DNA of 64,000 bases from Abditibacteriaceae bacterium (GTDB lineage: Bacteria; Armatimonadota; Abditibacteriia; Abditibacteriales; Abditibacteriaceae), in contig OZ255721.1 in assembly GCA_965277285.1 (NCBI GenBank), forward strand, positions 1,152,001 through 1,216,000. Reading direction: 5' to 3'. Shown in pieces: positions 30,961-40,789 of this stretch. The notes below the pieces were generated by a model. It was not told the DNA's origin. It did no database searches and was given only the letters and a program-made list of their open reading frames with translations. Each line of letters starts with the position of its first letter. Position 1 is the first letter of the stretch. Position numbers and translations under genes: made by a program.

Positions 30961-31344
30961 TCAACCTTTCAGCTTCAGCCACGCCGTCCACATCGTGTAA
31001 AGTCCGGCGACGACCGCAAAAATGCCGAAGGCGAAAGAAAGTTGCGCACCGTTGATTCGGTTGGCGTATTTGCCGCCTAACCAGCCGCCAATCAGCAACA
31101 TCGAGCCGATGATGGCCGCGGCACGAATATCGACGTTGCCCTTCCTCCAGTACTCGTAAACCGCGCCGATGCCCAACGGCGGCAGCAAACACGCCAAGCT
31201 GGTTCCCGTCGCTTTGTGCTGCGTAAATCCCAGGATGTAAACCAGCGCGGGAACAATGACTAACCCGCCGCCGATGCCGAAGAATCCTGCGGCGACGCCA
31301 GCAATTAAACCCGTCAGCAACAAAAGGAAAAACGAAGTGTCCAT
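30961..31344 (-). CDS. Short TSUP/TauE-family membrane protein
   Basis: AGFFGIGGGLVIVPAL, HKATGTSL. Confidence 0.85.
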   Translation of the reverse strand: MDTSFFLLLLTGLIAGVAAGFFGIGGGLVIVPALVYILGFTQHKATGTSLACLLPPLGIGAVYEYWRKGNVDIRAAAIIGSMLLIGGWLGGKYANRINGAQLSFAFGIFAVVAGLYTMWTAWLKLKG

Positions 31345-31378
31345 AATTATTTCCAACACCAGGAGGCCGAGCAAACTC

Positions 31379-31455
31379 GTAGGGGCGCCAGCTTGCTGCG
31401 CCCGTTTTCTGCAATCGTGTACTCGAGCGCGGGCGCAGCAAGCTGGCGCCCCTAC
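31379..31455. repeat. GTAG-type REP doublet (REPIN-like)
   Basis: 26-bp perfect arms GTAGGGGCGCCAGCTTGCTGCGCCCG; the spacer contains a variant of the 12-bp palindrome. Confidence 0.85.
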
Positions 31456-31476
31456 AATTTCTTCGCGCCGCAGCGG

Positions 31477-32001
31477 TTAATCTTCATCCGTGCGTAAACC
31501 TGGTTTATCGCGCACAACGACGGTTCGATTTTCCCAATCGCGCTTCACAATGAATTCGTCGTGCGCCGGAATCATGGCGCGCGGCGTGACATAAACATCG
31601 TGCGCCGGAGTTTCCAAGATTTCCTCGACTTCACCCAAATCATCGCCGTTTTCCGTGACGACTTTCATTCCCAGAACATCGGTCACGTAAAACTCGCCTT
31701 CGGGAAGTTCTGGACGCATCGAACGATGAATGAAAAGTTCTGCACCTTGCAAACTTTGCGCTTGTTCCGCCGTGTTCAATCCGACATCGAGAATGAAAGT
31801 ATGACCTATAGCGCGCGAATTTTTCACCTGCAACATTTGGCGTTTGCCGTCTTGAACGACGCAAAAACGCGCGCCCGCAGCGAATCGCTTGGGCGCCTCA
31901 GAAAACGGTTTCACTTTGAGGTGCGCGCGATCCCAATTGCCGATCACGCGTCCCACCAAAACATCCCACGTCGCCAAATCTTCCACAGAATTATTCATCA
32001 A
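31477..32001 (-). CDS. rimM: Ribosome maturation factor RimM
   Basis: LPEGEFYVTDVLG, LGEVEEILETPAHDVYV; operon position. Confidence 0.92.
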   Translation of the reverse strand: MMNNSVEDLATWDVLVGRVIGNWDRAHLKVKPFSEAPKRFAAGARFCVVQDGKRQMLQVKNSRAIGHTFILDVGLNTAEQAQSLQGAELFIHRSMRPELPEGEFYVTDVLGMKVVTENGDDLGEVEEILETPAHDVYVTPRAMIPAHDEFIVKRDWENRTVVVRDKPGLRTDED

Positions 32002-32014
32002 TCGAGTACTCGAA

Positions 32015-32404
32015 CTAAACTTCCACTTTGTAACCTAAAGCGATTTCGTCGCCGGTTTGACCACGAAAACCCCAGTTCGCTTTGGGCGTTTCGGTAATCG
32101 TAATTTCCAAATCGCTGGGCGACAAACCCAATTCGCTTTGCGCACGCTCGAACAAAAGATGAATCAAGCGCTTTTTCGTTTCCGTCGTGCGACCTTCCAT
32201 CATGCTGATTTCGATGATTGTGTAACGCGAAGTCTTATCAGACGGAAAAACGAAATCGGCTTCGTCCAGCGCCAGAAAACGATGAAAACGTTTATCCGGC
32301 GGAAACGACAAAGCCTCGACAACGCACGAATGAATCACATCCGAAAGTTGCGCTTTCATCGCATCAAGCGACTCGCGCCCGCCGTAAATCTTGATTTGTG
32401 CCAT
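32015..32404 (-). CDS. Tautomerase-family protein
   Basis: LSDVIHSCVVEAL..P.DKRFHRF, IIEISMMEGRT, ITETPKANWGFRG. Confidence 0.85.
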   Translation of the reverse strand: MAQIKIYGGRESLDAMKAQLSDVIHSCVVEALSFPPDKRFHRFLALDEADFVFPSDKTSRYTIIEISMMEGRTTETKKRLIHLLFERAQSELGLSPSDLEITITETPKANWGFRGQTGDEIALGYKVEV

Positions 32405-32473
32405 TTCACATAAAAGAACCAACCGCGTTGTCAGACGCAGTTGGTTCCACTTTCGAGTACTCGATTCGCCGTT

Positions 32474-32881
32474 TCAGCCGCGAATTTCAACAATCACGTC
32501 ATCGCGCACGATAACTTCAAGCGCCGCCAACTTTTGCGCGAGGTTGTCGCCAACTCCGAGTTCGACTTGCGTTTCGATTTGTCCGCGCGCGACTGGCGTT
32601 TCCAATGACAAAGCCTCGATTTGGGCGCGCCGTTCAACTAACTCGCGCTGCATTGCATCGTGCTTTTCTTTGGCTTCGTCCATTTCCTTGCGCGCTTCCA
32701 CCAGGCGATGAACATTCGTGCGCTGCAATTCGGCGATAGTGCGGCGTTGTTGAAACTCCATTTGCTGACCTTGTAAATGCAATTCATCCAACGCCGCATC
32801 CACTTCCGACAGCAACTGCGCTCGCAAATCTTCAGTCAAAAGCGCGACGACGTTCGCCAGGCGCTTGGCGACAATCGTCAA
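32474..32881 (-). CDS. YlqD-family protein
   Basis: Coiled-coil protein ending VGDNL...IVRDDVIVEIR; lies between khpA and rimM. Confidence 0.8.
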   Translation of the reverse strand: MTIVAKRLANVVALLTEDLRAQLLSEVDAALDELHLQGQQMEFQQRRTIAELQRTNVHRLVEARKEMDEAKEKHDAMQRELVERRAQIEALSLETPVARGQIETQVELGVGDNLAQKLAALEVIVRDDVIVEIRG

Positions 32882-33327
32882 CGCGCATCTCCACCCGATG
32901 CGTCTTCGCTCACTTGAGTACTCGATCCGCCGTTCGCTTCATCGCTGTCAGCGACTTCGAGCGGTTCGTCATCGGTGATAATTTCAATCTGGACGCGCGC
33001 ACCGGTTTTGGTCGCTGCCGCTTTCACGACATGACGCAATGCGTTGGCAACGCGACCTTCGCGCCCGATCACGCGACCAACGTCGTCGGGATGAACGCGA
33101 ATTCCGTAGATCGAACCCTGATCGTCCAAAAACTCTTCGACTTCGACTTCTTCGGGATGCGACACGACGCCTTGCACCAGAAAGCCGACGAGTTCGATCA
33201 GGCGCGCGTCGTCTTCACTGGGCGCCCCATATTCGTCCATGTCGCCCATCGCCTGCGCCATGAAATTGGGGTTTTCGCCCTCATCCGAGGACTGATCCGG
33301 CGAGCCGTTCAACGATTCGGCGCTCAT
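32878..33327 (-). CDS. khpA: KH-domain RNA-binding protein (KhpA/YlqC)
   Basis: [21 protein letters not shown]; acidic extensions at both ends. Confidence 0.88.
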   Translation of the reverse strand: MSAESLNGSPDQSSDEGENPNFMAQAMGDMDEYGAPSEDDARLIELVGFLVQGVVSHPEEVEVEEFLDDQGSIYGIRVHPDDVGRVIGREGRVANALRHVVKAAATKTGARVQIEIITDDEPLEVADSDEANGGSSTQVSEDASGGDAR

Positions 33328-33566
33328 GCCTTGATACCTTTTTTCTTCAACAAGCTGGCGACGGTTTCGCTGGGCTGCGCGCCTTTGCTCAACCAGTGAC
33401 GCGCTTTTTCTTCGTCGATTTCAACCACGGCGGGCTGACGCGTCGGCAAATAATGGCCGATGGTGTCGATAAAAGCGCCATCGCGCGGGCTGTTTTGATC
33501 GGCGACGACAACGCGATACGCCGGATTGTTCTTGGCGCCAGTGCGGCGCAAACGAATGCGAACCAT
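33324..33566 (-). CDS. rpsP: 30S ribosomal protein S16
   Basis: [34 protein letters not shown]. Confidence 0.98.
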   Translation of the reverse strand: MVRIRLRRTGAKNNPAYRVVVADQNSPRDGAFIDTIGHYLPTRQPAVVEIDEEKARHWLSKGAQPSETVASLLKKKGIKA

Positions 33567-33668
33567 AAATCTCCTACGACAATGTTTCTTGTTCGTGATT
33601 CATAACTCAAATCGAGTACTCGAATCACCATAAACTACCTCAAAAGTGGCAGTTTGTCACTCCAATTT

Positions 33669-35093
33669 CTACTTTCCAAAGCGGATACCGCGGCCAATTT
33701 TCGGATGCGGCGCGGGCATCTTTGGCATCGGGCCGCGCGGCAATTGTCCGCCCGGCGCTCCACCCATTTTACCCATTCCGCGAGGCATCGGCATTTTGCC
33801 GCTCGCCATCGCGCTCATCTGGCGCATCATCTTCTTCATGTCACGGAACTGGCTCAACAAACGATTGATTTCCGGCGTCGAGGTTCCGCTACCCGCCGCA
33901 ATGCGACGTTTCCGCGAACCGTTTATTATATCAGGATCGCGTCGCTCTTTGGAAGTCATCGACAAAATCATCGCTTCGACGCGCTTCATCTGCTTTTCAT
34001 CGACGCTCAAATTGGCATCTTTCAAAGCGCCCGCGCCCGGCAACATCGCCAGAATGCTTTCCAGGCTGCCCATCTTTTTGACCTGCTGCATTTGATCCAG
34101 AAAGTCTTCCAAATCGAAATTGCCTTCCGACAATTTGGCTTCCATCGCGGCGGCTTGCTTGGCATCAAACTGTTCTTCGGCTTTCTCGATCAGCGTCAAA
34201 ACATCGCCCATGCCCAAGATGCGTCCCGCCATGCGGTCGGGGTGAAATTCTTCCAGCGCGTCCAACTTTTCGCCCACGCCGACGAACTTGACAGGCACGC
34301 CAGTAATTGCGCGCACGCTCAAAATCGCGCCGCCGCGCGCATCGCCGTCCAACTTCGTCAAGACAACGCCCGTCAACTTGACGGTTTCGTTGAAGGCTTT
34401 GGCGGCGTTGACGGCGTCCTGTCCGGTCATCGCGTCCAGCGCCAGCAACGTTTCCTGCGGCTGCACAACTTCCTGAATTTGGCGCGCTTCTTCCATCATC
34501 TTTTCATCGACGTGAAGGCGACCCGCGGTATCAATGATGACGACATCGAAGCCGTTTTTCTTGGCGAACGCGACACCTTCGCGCGCAATCGTTGGCGGCG
34601 ATGTTTTGCCCATCTCGAAAACTTCGACGCCAACTTGCTTGCCGACAGTTTGCAATTGCGCAATCGCGCCAGGACGATAAATATCGGTGGCGACGAGCAG
34701 CGGTTTTTTGCCCTGACGCTTGAACCACGCGCCCAATTTGCCGCAAGTCGTGGTTTTGCCGGTTCCCTGCAAACCCGCCAGCATGATGACAGTTGGCGGC
34801 GCGCTCGAGTACTCGATGCGTCGCGTGGTGCGTCCCAGCAGTTCGCTCAGTTCGTCGCGCACAATGGCGATAACTTGCTGTTCGGGATGCAGGCTTTCCA
34901 GCACATCGACGCCGACGGCTTTTTCACGCACGCGAGCGACAAAGTCCTTGACGATCTTGAAGTTGACATCGGCTTCGAGCAAAGCCAGGCGCACTTCGCG
35001 CATCGCGGCATCAACATCGGCTTCTGAAACGCGCCCTTTGCCACGCAACTTGGCGAAGGTTTTCCCTAATTTATCCGAAAGATTTTGAAGCAT
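33669..35093 (-). CDS. ffh: Signal recognition particle protein
   Basis: ALLEADV, GLQGTGKTTT, DTAGRL, TKLDGDARGG and a Met-rich M domain. Confidence 0.98.
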   Translation of the reverse strand: MLQNLSDKLGKTFAKLRGKGRVSEADVDAAMREVRLALLEADVNFKIVKDFVARVREKAVGVDVLESLHPEQQVIAIVRDELSELLGRTTRRIEYSSAPPTVIMLAGLQGTGKTTTCGKLGAWFKRQGKKPLLVATDIYRPGAIAQLQTVGKQVGVEVFEMGKTSPPTIAREGVAFAKKNGFDVVIIDTAGRLHVDEKMMEEARQIQEVVQPQETLLALDAMTGQDAVNAAKAFNETVKLTGVVLTKLDGDARGGAILSVRAITGVPVKFVGVGEKLDALEEFHPDRMAGRILGMGDVLTLIEKAEEQFDAKQAAAMEAKLSEGNFDLEDFLDQMQQVKKMGSLESILAMLPGAGALKDANLSVDEKQMKRVEAMILSMTSKERRDPDIINGSRKRRIAAGSGTSTPEINRLLSQFRDMKKMMRQMSAMASGKMPMPRGMGKMGGAPGGQLPRGPMPKMPAPHPKIGRGIRFGK

Positions 35094-35207
35094 AAGAATT
35101 GAGGACTAACTTGTAATGACGCCTTCATTTTACTCGTTTTGCATAGCTTTCAACAAAAGATTAATGATCGTCATGCCACCACGTTTTACCGCCAAATCCA
35201 TTGAAAT

Positions 35208-36062
35208 TTATGACGGCGCACCGACCTGAACTTTCGCGCCATTTTGCAAAAGGATTTCAACAATATCGGCGCGTTGTTTCCTGATAGCAGATGTCAACGG
35301 GAAATTGTTGTTCACGGCGGCGTTTACATCGGCGCCTTCGTCTATCAAACGCTTGACCAGTTCCAAATCGCCCAACATGACGGCTTCAATCACTCGCGGA
35401 CGCGCACCACATTCGATGAGATACCGCGCCGTTTCAGGATTATCAAAGGCGCACGCCCGATAAAGAGCGGTTTCTCCTTTTTCATTTCGAGCGTTTACAT
35501 CGGCGCCATAGTGAATAAGAATTTGTGCGACTTCCAAGGCGCCACATGTCGCAGATCTCATAAGTTCGGTGATGCCATTTTCATCTGCGTTATTGGGATT
35601 CATGCCCAATGCAATGAGACGGTGCAGCAAATCCGTCTTGTGATGACGGACAATAATGGCTAAAAATGACTCACAACCAGCGCCAGCTCTTAACAGCGTT
35701 TTGACAATTTCGTCGTGCCCGTTGAGCAAGGCCGCATAAAGAGCCGTTGAGCCATAACGTCGAATATCGACAATCGCGTCGCGTTCTATCAAAAGATTGA
35801 CGATTTTAAGATGCCCGTTCTTCGCGGCGCGGAACAAAGCCGTTTCGCCAGAAACGTTTTTCAGATTGATTTCGGCGCCGCTTTCAAGCAAGAGTTGCAC
35901 GATTTTAAGATGCCCGTTGCCTGCGGCGCGAATCAAACTTGTTGTTTTGGCACTACTTTTAATATCGACGCCAACGCCGTTTTGCAGCGACAGGCGAATC
36001 GTTTCCAAATCGCCGTCGCGCGCGGCATTAAGAAACGCTTTGGATTCTGGTGATTTGGCCAT
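35208..36062 (-). CDS. Ankyrin-repeat protein
   Basis: Repeated G.TAL..AA..GH..IV..LL..GA units. Confidence 0.92.
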   Translation of the reverse strand: MAKSPESKAFLNAARDGDLETIRLSLQNGVGVDIKSSAKTTSLIRAAGNGHLKIVQLLLESGAEINLKNVSGETALFRAAKNGHLKIVNLLIERDAIVDIRRYGSTALYAALLNGHDEIVKTLLRAGAGCESFLAIIVRHHKTDLLHRLIALGMNPNNADENGITELMRSATCGALEVAQILIHYGADVNARNEKGETALYRACAFDNPETARYLIECGARPRVIEAVMLGDLELVKRLIDEGADVNAAVNNNFPLTSAIRKQRADIVEILLQNGAKVQVGAPS

Positions 36063-36077
36063 TTCGAGTTCGAGTAC

Positions 36078-37253
36078 TCAACTCAACATGCGCGTGTAAA
36101 CATCTTCAATTTGACGGGCGGCGCGGTCGGCGGAGAACAATTGGCGAACACGAGCGTAACCTTTAGTTCCCATTTGTTGTGCGCGTTGCGGATCGTTCAG
36201 CAAGATTTCGATGTTCTGCGCCAGAGCGTCGACGTTACCCATTTCGCTCAGCAATCCGGTTTCGCCATCGACGATCATTTCCGGCACGCCGCCGCCGTTA
36301 CTGCCGATGACAGGTTTGCCCGCCGCCATGCCTTCCAGAACCACGTTCGGCAATGGATCAGCCGAGGTACTGGCGTGAACCACGATGTCCAGGCCTTTCA
36401 ACAATTCTGGAACATCACGGCGAAAACCCATCATTTCAACGTGCGCGCCAATTCCCAAGCGTTCGATTTGCGCGTGCAAATCGCGTTCGTAATCGTCTTC
36501 GCCAAAGAGCGGCGCACCGATGATAACGAATTCTGCGTCGTGTCCATTTCGCAGAACTTGGGCCGCCGCGTCCAAGAAAATATGCTGTCCTTTCCACGGC
36601 CCGATACGCCCGATTGCGCCAATGCGCGGCGGGTTATTTCGAGTACTCGATTCGCTTTCAGGAGACGCGAAAACCGCCATTTCTTCTTCGCCCAGGCCGT
36701 CGTATAAAACTTCGCCTTTGGCGGCGTCTTTCAAGTGCAATTGATCCAAGACGCTTTGCGAAACCGTCACGATATGCGACGGCATTTTGTCGGCCATCGC
36801 GCGCACGCCCTTGACCGCAGGCGAAGGAAGATACGATGTATCAATGAAATCGCGGACGTGCCACACGACAGGAATCTGCGCCATTTTCCCTGCCAGAGAA
36901 CCGTAAATATGAGCTTTCAGCGAATTGGTATGAATAATCTGGACGTTGTTGCGCCGCGCAAAACGCGCGATTTTCTGCGCATACGACACCATTCCCATCA
37001 ATTGCTTCGGGTTCGCCAGAGATTTGACGCCTAACGAATCTTTGCGCACTTCGCGTACATCATCCGACAGCGGCAAGACGCGCACCTGGACATTGGCGTC
37101 TTTCAATAAACCGACGAGCGGCCCATCTTCGGCCAATAGCGCCAGCGGCGTCACTTTCTGATGATCAATCGGTTTAAGAAGTCGCGCCAATGCGAACTCG
37201 GCGCCGCTGGGCTTGGCGGTGTGACCTAAATAAAGAACGCGAATAGGTTGCAT
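36078..37253 (-). CDS. GT4-family glycosyltransferase
   Basis: SGAE, GRIGPWKGQ, DPLPNVVLEGMAAGKPVI. Confidence 0.9.
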   Translation of the reverse strand: MQPIRVLYLGHTAKPSGAEFALARLLKPIDHQKVTPLALLAEDGPLVGLLKDANVQVRVLPLSDDVREVRKDSLGVKSLANPKQLMGMVSYAQKIARFARRNNVQIIHTNSLKAHIYGSLAGKMAQIPVVWHVRDFIDTSYLPSPAVKGVRAMADKMPSHIVTVSQSVLDQLHLKDAAKGEVLYDGLGEEEMAVFASPESESSTRNNPPRIGAIGRIGPWKGQHIFLDAAAQVLRNGHDAEFVIIGAPLFGEDDYERDLHAQIERLGIGAHVEMMGFRRDVPELLKGLDIVVHASTSADPLPNVVLEGMAAGKPVIGSNGGGVPEMIVDGETGLLSEMGNVDALAQNIEILLNDPQRAQQMGTKGYARVRQLFSADRAARQIEDVYTRMLS

Positions 37254-37310
37254 AGTTTTCGGTTGGGAATCGAGTACTCGATAAATAGTTGGATGGTGAA
37301 TCAGGGCAAA

Positions 37311-38591
37311 TCAAGAACTTAGTTCTTTCAAACGTTGTTGCGAACGTGCCAGCGCATAAGTCTCGAAGCCATAAGCCACAACTTTTTCGTAAAAATGCTT
37401 CGCCTCAGCCAGCTTGCCTTCACCACGAGCGCAGTCGCCGAGCCGATAAAATGCGAAAGCAAGGGCCATCGGAAGCGGTTCCAGTTGAAAATAGCGCTCG
37501 TAAAAGCGGCGACATTCGTCCCATTCGCCACGCACCAGAGCCGCTCGCGCGAGATTCGTCAGGATGACTCTTTGTGTTTGCGGGTCGCCTTCAAACTCGG
37601 TGAGTGTCAATTCATTGCTGCACGCCAGGCGCCGTGATGGTTCGATTAAACCTTGTTGCGCCAGAAAAATCGATTCCAAGCCGTCTATCCAACTTTGCAT
37701 TTTGTCGTCCACGAGCGTTGTACGCGCTGTTTGCAAAGCGCTCATCCCTGCGTCCGCCTGCTCCGCCGCCAATTCGATAAAGGCCAAAGCGAGATAGCTG
37801 AGCGCATGCTGATAATTTTCGTACTCGGCGATGCCGTTTTTGCGAATTTGAAGTGAGCGCGCAACGGCCTGGCGCGCCTCGTCGAAACGCCCCATATCGC
37901 GCAACGTTTCCATCAGGGCAACCGAAGCATTCCGACTGTTCTTGTTTAATGTCAGCGCGCGTTCAGCCGCCGCAACCGCTTCGCGCAATCGCCCTTGTTT
38001 GTGGAGAATGTCGGCCAGAACGCCCAGACAATCGGCCTCCTGCGCCACGTCTTTCTGTGAACGCGCGATTTCTAAGGCCTGCCGATGACACTTTTCAGCG
38101 GGTTGCAACTGATTCATGCTGCTGTAGCCAACGCCCGCCATGCTGTGCGCTACGCGAACCAAAACCGTCCTTGTTGCAAACGCCTTTGGCGGCGCTGATG
38201 TTGGCCGTGCAGGCGTGGAAAGCCGTTTCGAGTACTCGATGGCGCGTTCGGCCCAGCGAACCGTGTCTTGCAGTTGGCCCGCCTTGAATGCCGAAGTCGC
38301 CAGTCCAACCATTGTTCTCAATCTTTCATCCTGACGCCACGGAGGAAGCATTTTCAATGTGAGATGAAAGGCAGCATACGCTTCGCGTGTTTTGTGTTCG
38401 CGGCTGAGGCGCCATGCGCGCTGTACCAGGAACTGAACCCACACCGTCTCGACAAGCAACGCAACACCGATACCAACCAGAATTGAGCGGAGTGGCTGGT
38501 CGAAACGGAACGCAATAAAAATGCAAACGAGCGCAGTCCAAACTTCGACCGGTTCCGACTGCGATTTCCTTCCAGTACTCGAAAGGCTCAT
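37311..38591 (-). CDS. TPR-repeat membrane protein
   Basis: N-terminal TM segments followed by helical TPR-like repeats. Confidence 0.75.
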   Translation of the reverse strand: MSLSSTGRKSQSEPVEVWTALVCIFIAFRFDQPLRSILVGIGVALLVETVWVQFLVQRAWRLSREHKTREAYAAFHLTLKMLPPWRQDERLRTMVGLATSAFKAGQLQDTVRWAERAIEYSKRLSTPARPTSAPPKAFATRTVLVRVAHSMAGVGYSSMNQLQPAEKCHRQALEIARSQKDVAQEADCLGVLADILHKQGRLREAVAAAERALTLNKNSRNASVALMETLRDMGRFDEARQAVARSLQIRKNGIAEYENYQHALSYLALAFIELAAEQADAGMSALQTARTTLVDDKMQSWIDGLESIFLAQQGLIEPSRRLACSNELTLTEFEGDPQTQRVILTNLARAALVRGEWDECRRFYERYFQLEPLPMALAFAFYRLGDCARGEGKLAEAKHFYEKVVAYGFETYALARSQQRLKELSS

Positions 38592-39460
38592 TGAAACATT
38601 TCCTGTGCGAATTGTTGAGGATTAAAAGCAATCAAGTCTTCGGCTTTTTCGCCGATGCCGATCAGTTTGACCGGAACGCCGGTTTCACGCGCCACGCTGA
38701 GAATGATGCCACCTTTGGCGGTGCCGTCCCATTTGGTCAAAATCAAACCGGTCAGAGGCGCGGTTTCGGCGAAGGCTTGCGCTTGCGTCAAACCGTTTTG
38801 GCCGGTCGAAGCATCGAGAACTAAAAGCGTTTCTTCGGGCGGCTTGCCCAGTTCGCGTTCGGTCACGCGCGCGATTTTGCTCAATTCGTTCATCAAGTTG
38901 TTTTTGTTGTGAAGCCGTCCCGCTGTATCAATCAGAACGATGTCGCGGTTGCGGCTTTTGGCGGCGTTGATCGCATCGAAAGCGACCGCAGCGGGATCGG
39001 CGCCCTGCCCGCCCGCGATAACCGGACAATCGGTGCGGCGTCCCCAGATTTGCAGTTGCTCCACCGCAGCGGCGCGAAACGTATCGCAGGCAGCTAATAA
39101 CGGATCGTGGCCTTCGCCGATCAACATATTGGCGATTTTTCCGACGCTCGTCGTTTTGCCGACGCCATTGACGCCGACAAAAAGCCAGACTGTCAAGCCT
39201 TCGGGCGCCAATTTCAGTTGACGCTCGCCGCTGCCCAACACGCGCGCCACCAAATCCTGCAAGGCTTCTTGCGCTTCCTCGCTGTCGCGCACTTCGCCGC
39301 GTTGTGCGGCGCGCCGCAAGCCATCGATGAGAAACGTCGCGGTCGCCACCGAAACATCGCTCATCACCAATTGTTCTTCGAGTTCGTCCAAAACCTCGTC
39401 ATCGAGCTTGCGACCCGAAGCGAAAACCTGCCCGACACGACCAAAAAGACCTTTGAGCAT
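38588..39460 (-). CDS. ftsY: SRP receptor FtsY (NG domain only)
   Basis: GVNGVGKTTS, DTFRAAA, DTAGRLH, TKWDGTAKGG. Confidence 0.97.
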   Translation of the reverse strand: MLKGLFGRVGQVFASGRKLDDEVLDELEEQLVMSDVSVATATFLIDGLRRAAQRGEVRDSEEAQEALQDLVARVLGSGERQLKLAPEGLTVWLFVGVNGVGKTTSVGKIANMLIGEGHDPLLAACDTFRAAAVEQLQIWGRRTDCPVIAGGQGADPAAVAFDAINAAKSRNRDIVLIDTAGRLHNKNNLMNELSKIARVTERELGKPPEETLLVLDASTGQNGLTQAQAFAETAPLTGLILTKWDGTAKGGIILSVARETGVPVKLIGIGEKAEDLIAFNPQQFAQEMFQ

Positions 39461-39480
39461 AAAATTATCTTACAATGGTG

Positions 39481-39575
39481 ACGCTAACTTCGTCCGCCAA
39501 AACAACGCGAATGAACGCGACTTTTCAAAAAGAAATAGCGAAAATTTGCGCCGTTTTTGTGAACGAAGTTAGCGT
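39481..39575. repeat. Imperfect intergenic inverted repeat
   Basis: acgctaacttcgt...acgaagttagcgt with about 32-bp imperfect arms, between ribH and ftsY. Confidence 0.6.
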
Positions 39576-39613
39576 AACTTTCATACATTCGAGTACTCGA
39601 ATTAGCTTTCGCT

Positions 39614-40081
39614 TCAGCTTTGCATCGCCTTGAGCAGGTTTGCCATTTCGATTGCGGCCAGCATCGCATCGGCGCCTTTGTTGCCCGCTTTGCTGCCGGC
39701 GCGTTCCAAGGCTTGTTCCAGATTATCGGTTGTCAAAACGCCCATCGTGACCGGAATGCCGCTGTTCAAACCCGCGTTCATAATGCCGCTGGACGTTTGG
39801 CCGCACACGTAATCGTAATGATCGGTCGCGCCTTGAATGACGCAGCCCAGACAAACAATGGCATCGAAGCGCTCGCTTTTCGCCAGCGTTTGCGCGACCA
39901 GAGGAATTTCCCACGCGCCAGGAACGTGCGCGATTTCAACCACGCGCTCATCGCCACCGTGACGCCGAAACGAATCCAGCGCGCCACTTAACAAACGCTC
40001 GGTAATCAAATCGTTGAAGCGCGCTACAACGATGCCGATGCGCAACCCTTCCGCCGTCATTTGCCCTTCGTGAATAGTCAT
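39614..40081 (-). CDS. ribH: 6,7-dimethyl-8-ribityllumazine synthase
   Basis: VARFN, VPGAWEIP, LGCVIQGATDH, GNKG. Confidence 0.97.
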   Translation of the reverse strand: MTIHEGQMTAEGLRIGIVVARFNDLITERLLSGALDSFRRHGGDERVVEIAHVPGAWEIPLVAQTLAKSERFDAIVCLGCVIQGATDHYDYVCGQTSSGIMNAGLNSGIPVTMGVLTTDNLEQALERAGSKAGNKGADAMLAAIEMANLLKAMQS

Positions 40082-40091
40082 GGAATGAATA

Positions 40092-40242
40092 AACCACAAA
40101 GGACACTAAGAAAACAGAAGTTTGTCATTCTGAGCGCAGCGAAGAATCTAACTGTGATGAGATTCTTCGCTGCGCTCAGAATGACAAAGTGTTACGGCGA
40201 TTCATTTCTCAAGAATCTCTGTGTTCTTTGTGTCTTGGTGGT
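40092..40242. repeat. Nested repeat: family B hairpin (40121-40188) inside an AACCAC...GTGGTT imperfect inverted repeat
   Basis: 29-bp arms tttgtcattctgagcgcagcgaagaatct; outer arms aaccacaaaggacac / gtgtcttggtggtt. Confidence 0.8.
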
Positions 40243-40250
40243 TCAAAAAC

Positions 40251-40736
40251 TTAAATCGAGTACTCGTTGCGGATATGTTCCAGCAAAGCTTTGCAGCCTT
40301 CGTTAACCAGATAATAAACGACATCAAAGCCGCCGATGAAATATGGATCGGGCACTTCGCGCACGCCGATGTTGGGCGTAAATTCGAGAAGTGGAACGAC
40401 TTGCGCGCGAGTTTTTCCGCTATGACCTTTGCCCAAACGCAGCACGCTCGATAAGTTTTCATCGTCCATCGTGATGACGAAATCGAAGCGTTCCAGGTCG
40501 TCGCGCGTGATTTGGCGCCCCACGCCGTCGTATTCGATGCCGTTTTCCTGCAAAATCGCCAGCGTCCCAGGATGCGCATACGAATCGATGTGCCAGTCGC
40601 CAGTGCCCGCCGAATCGACTTCGATTCTATTGCTCAAACCGGCTTCACGTACTAAATGCGCAAACACCGCTTCGGCCATCGGGCTGCGGCAAATGTTGCC
40701 GGTACACACAAATAAAACGCGAACTTTACGCGTCAT
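40251..40736 (-). CDS. Low-molecular-weight protein-tyrosine phosphatase
   Basis: VCTGNICRSPMAE, DSAGT, VPDPY. Start may be upstream at 40793. Confidence 0.93.
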   Translation of the reverse strand: MTRKVRVLFVCTGNICRSPMAEAVFAHLVREAGLSNRIEVDSAGTGDWHIDSYAHPGTLAILQENGIEYDGVGRQITRDDLERFDFVITMDDENLSSVLRLGKGHSGKTRAQVVPLLEFTPNIGVREVPDPYFIGGFDVVYYLVNEGCKALLEHIRNEYSI

Positions 40737-40789
40737 TTTGCTCGTTTGATGGCGTTCTATGGTTTGTGTTTGAATTTCTGCTGCGTTAT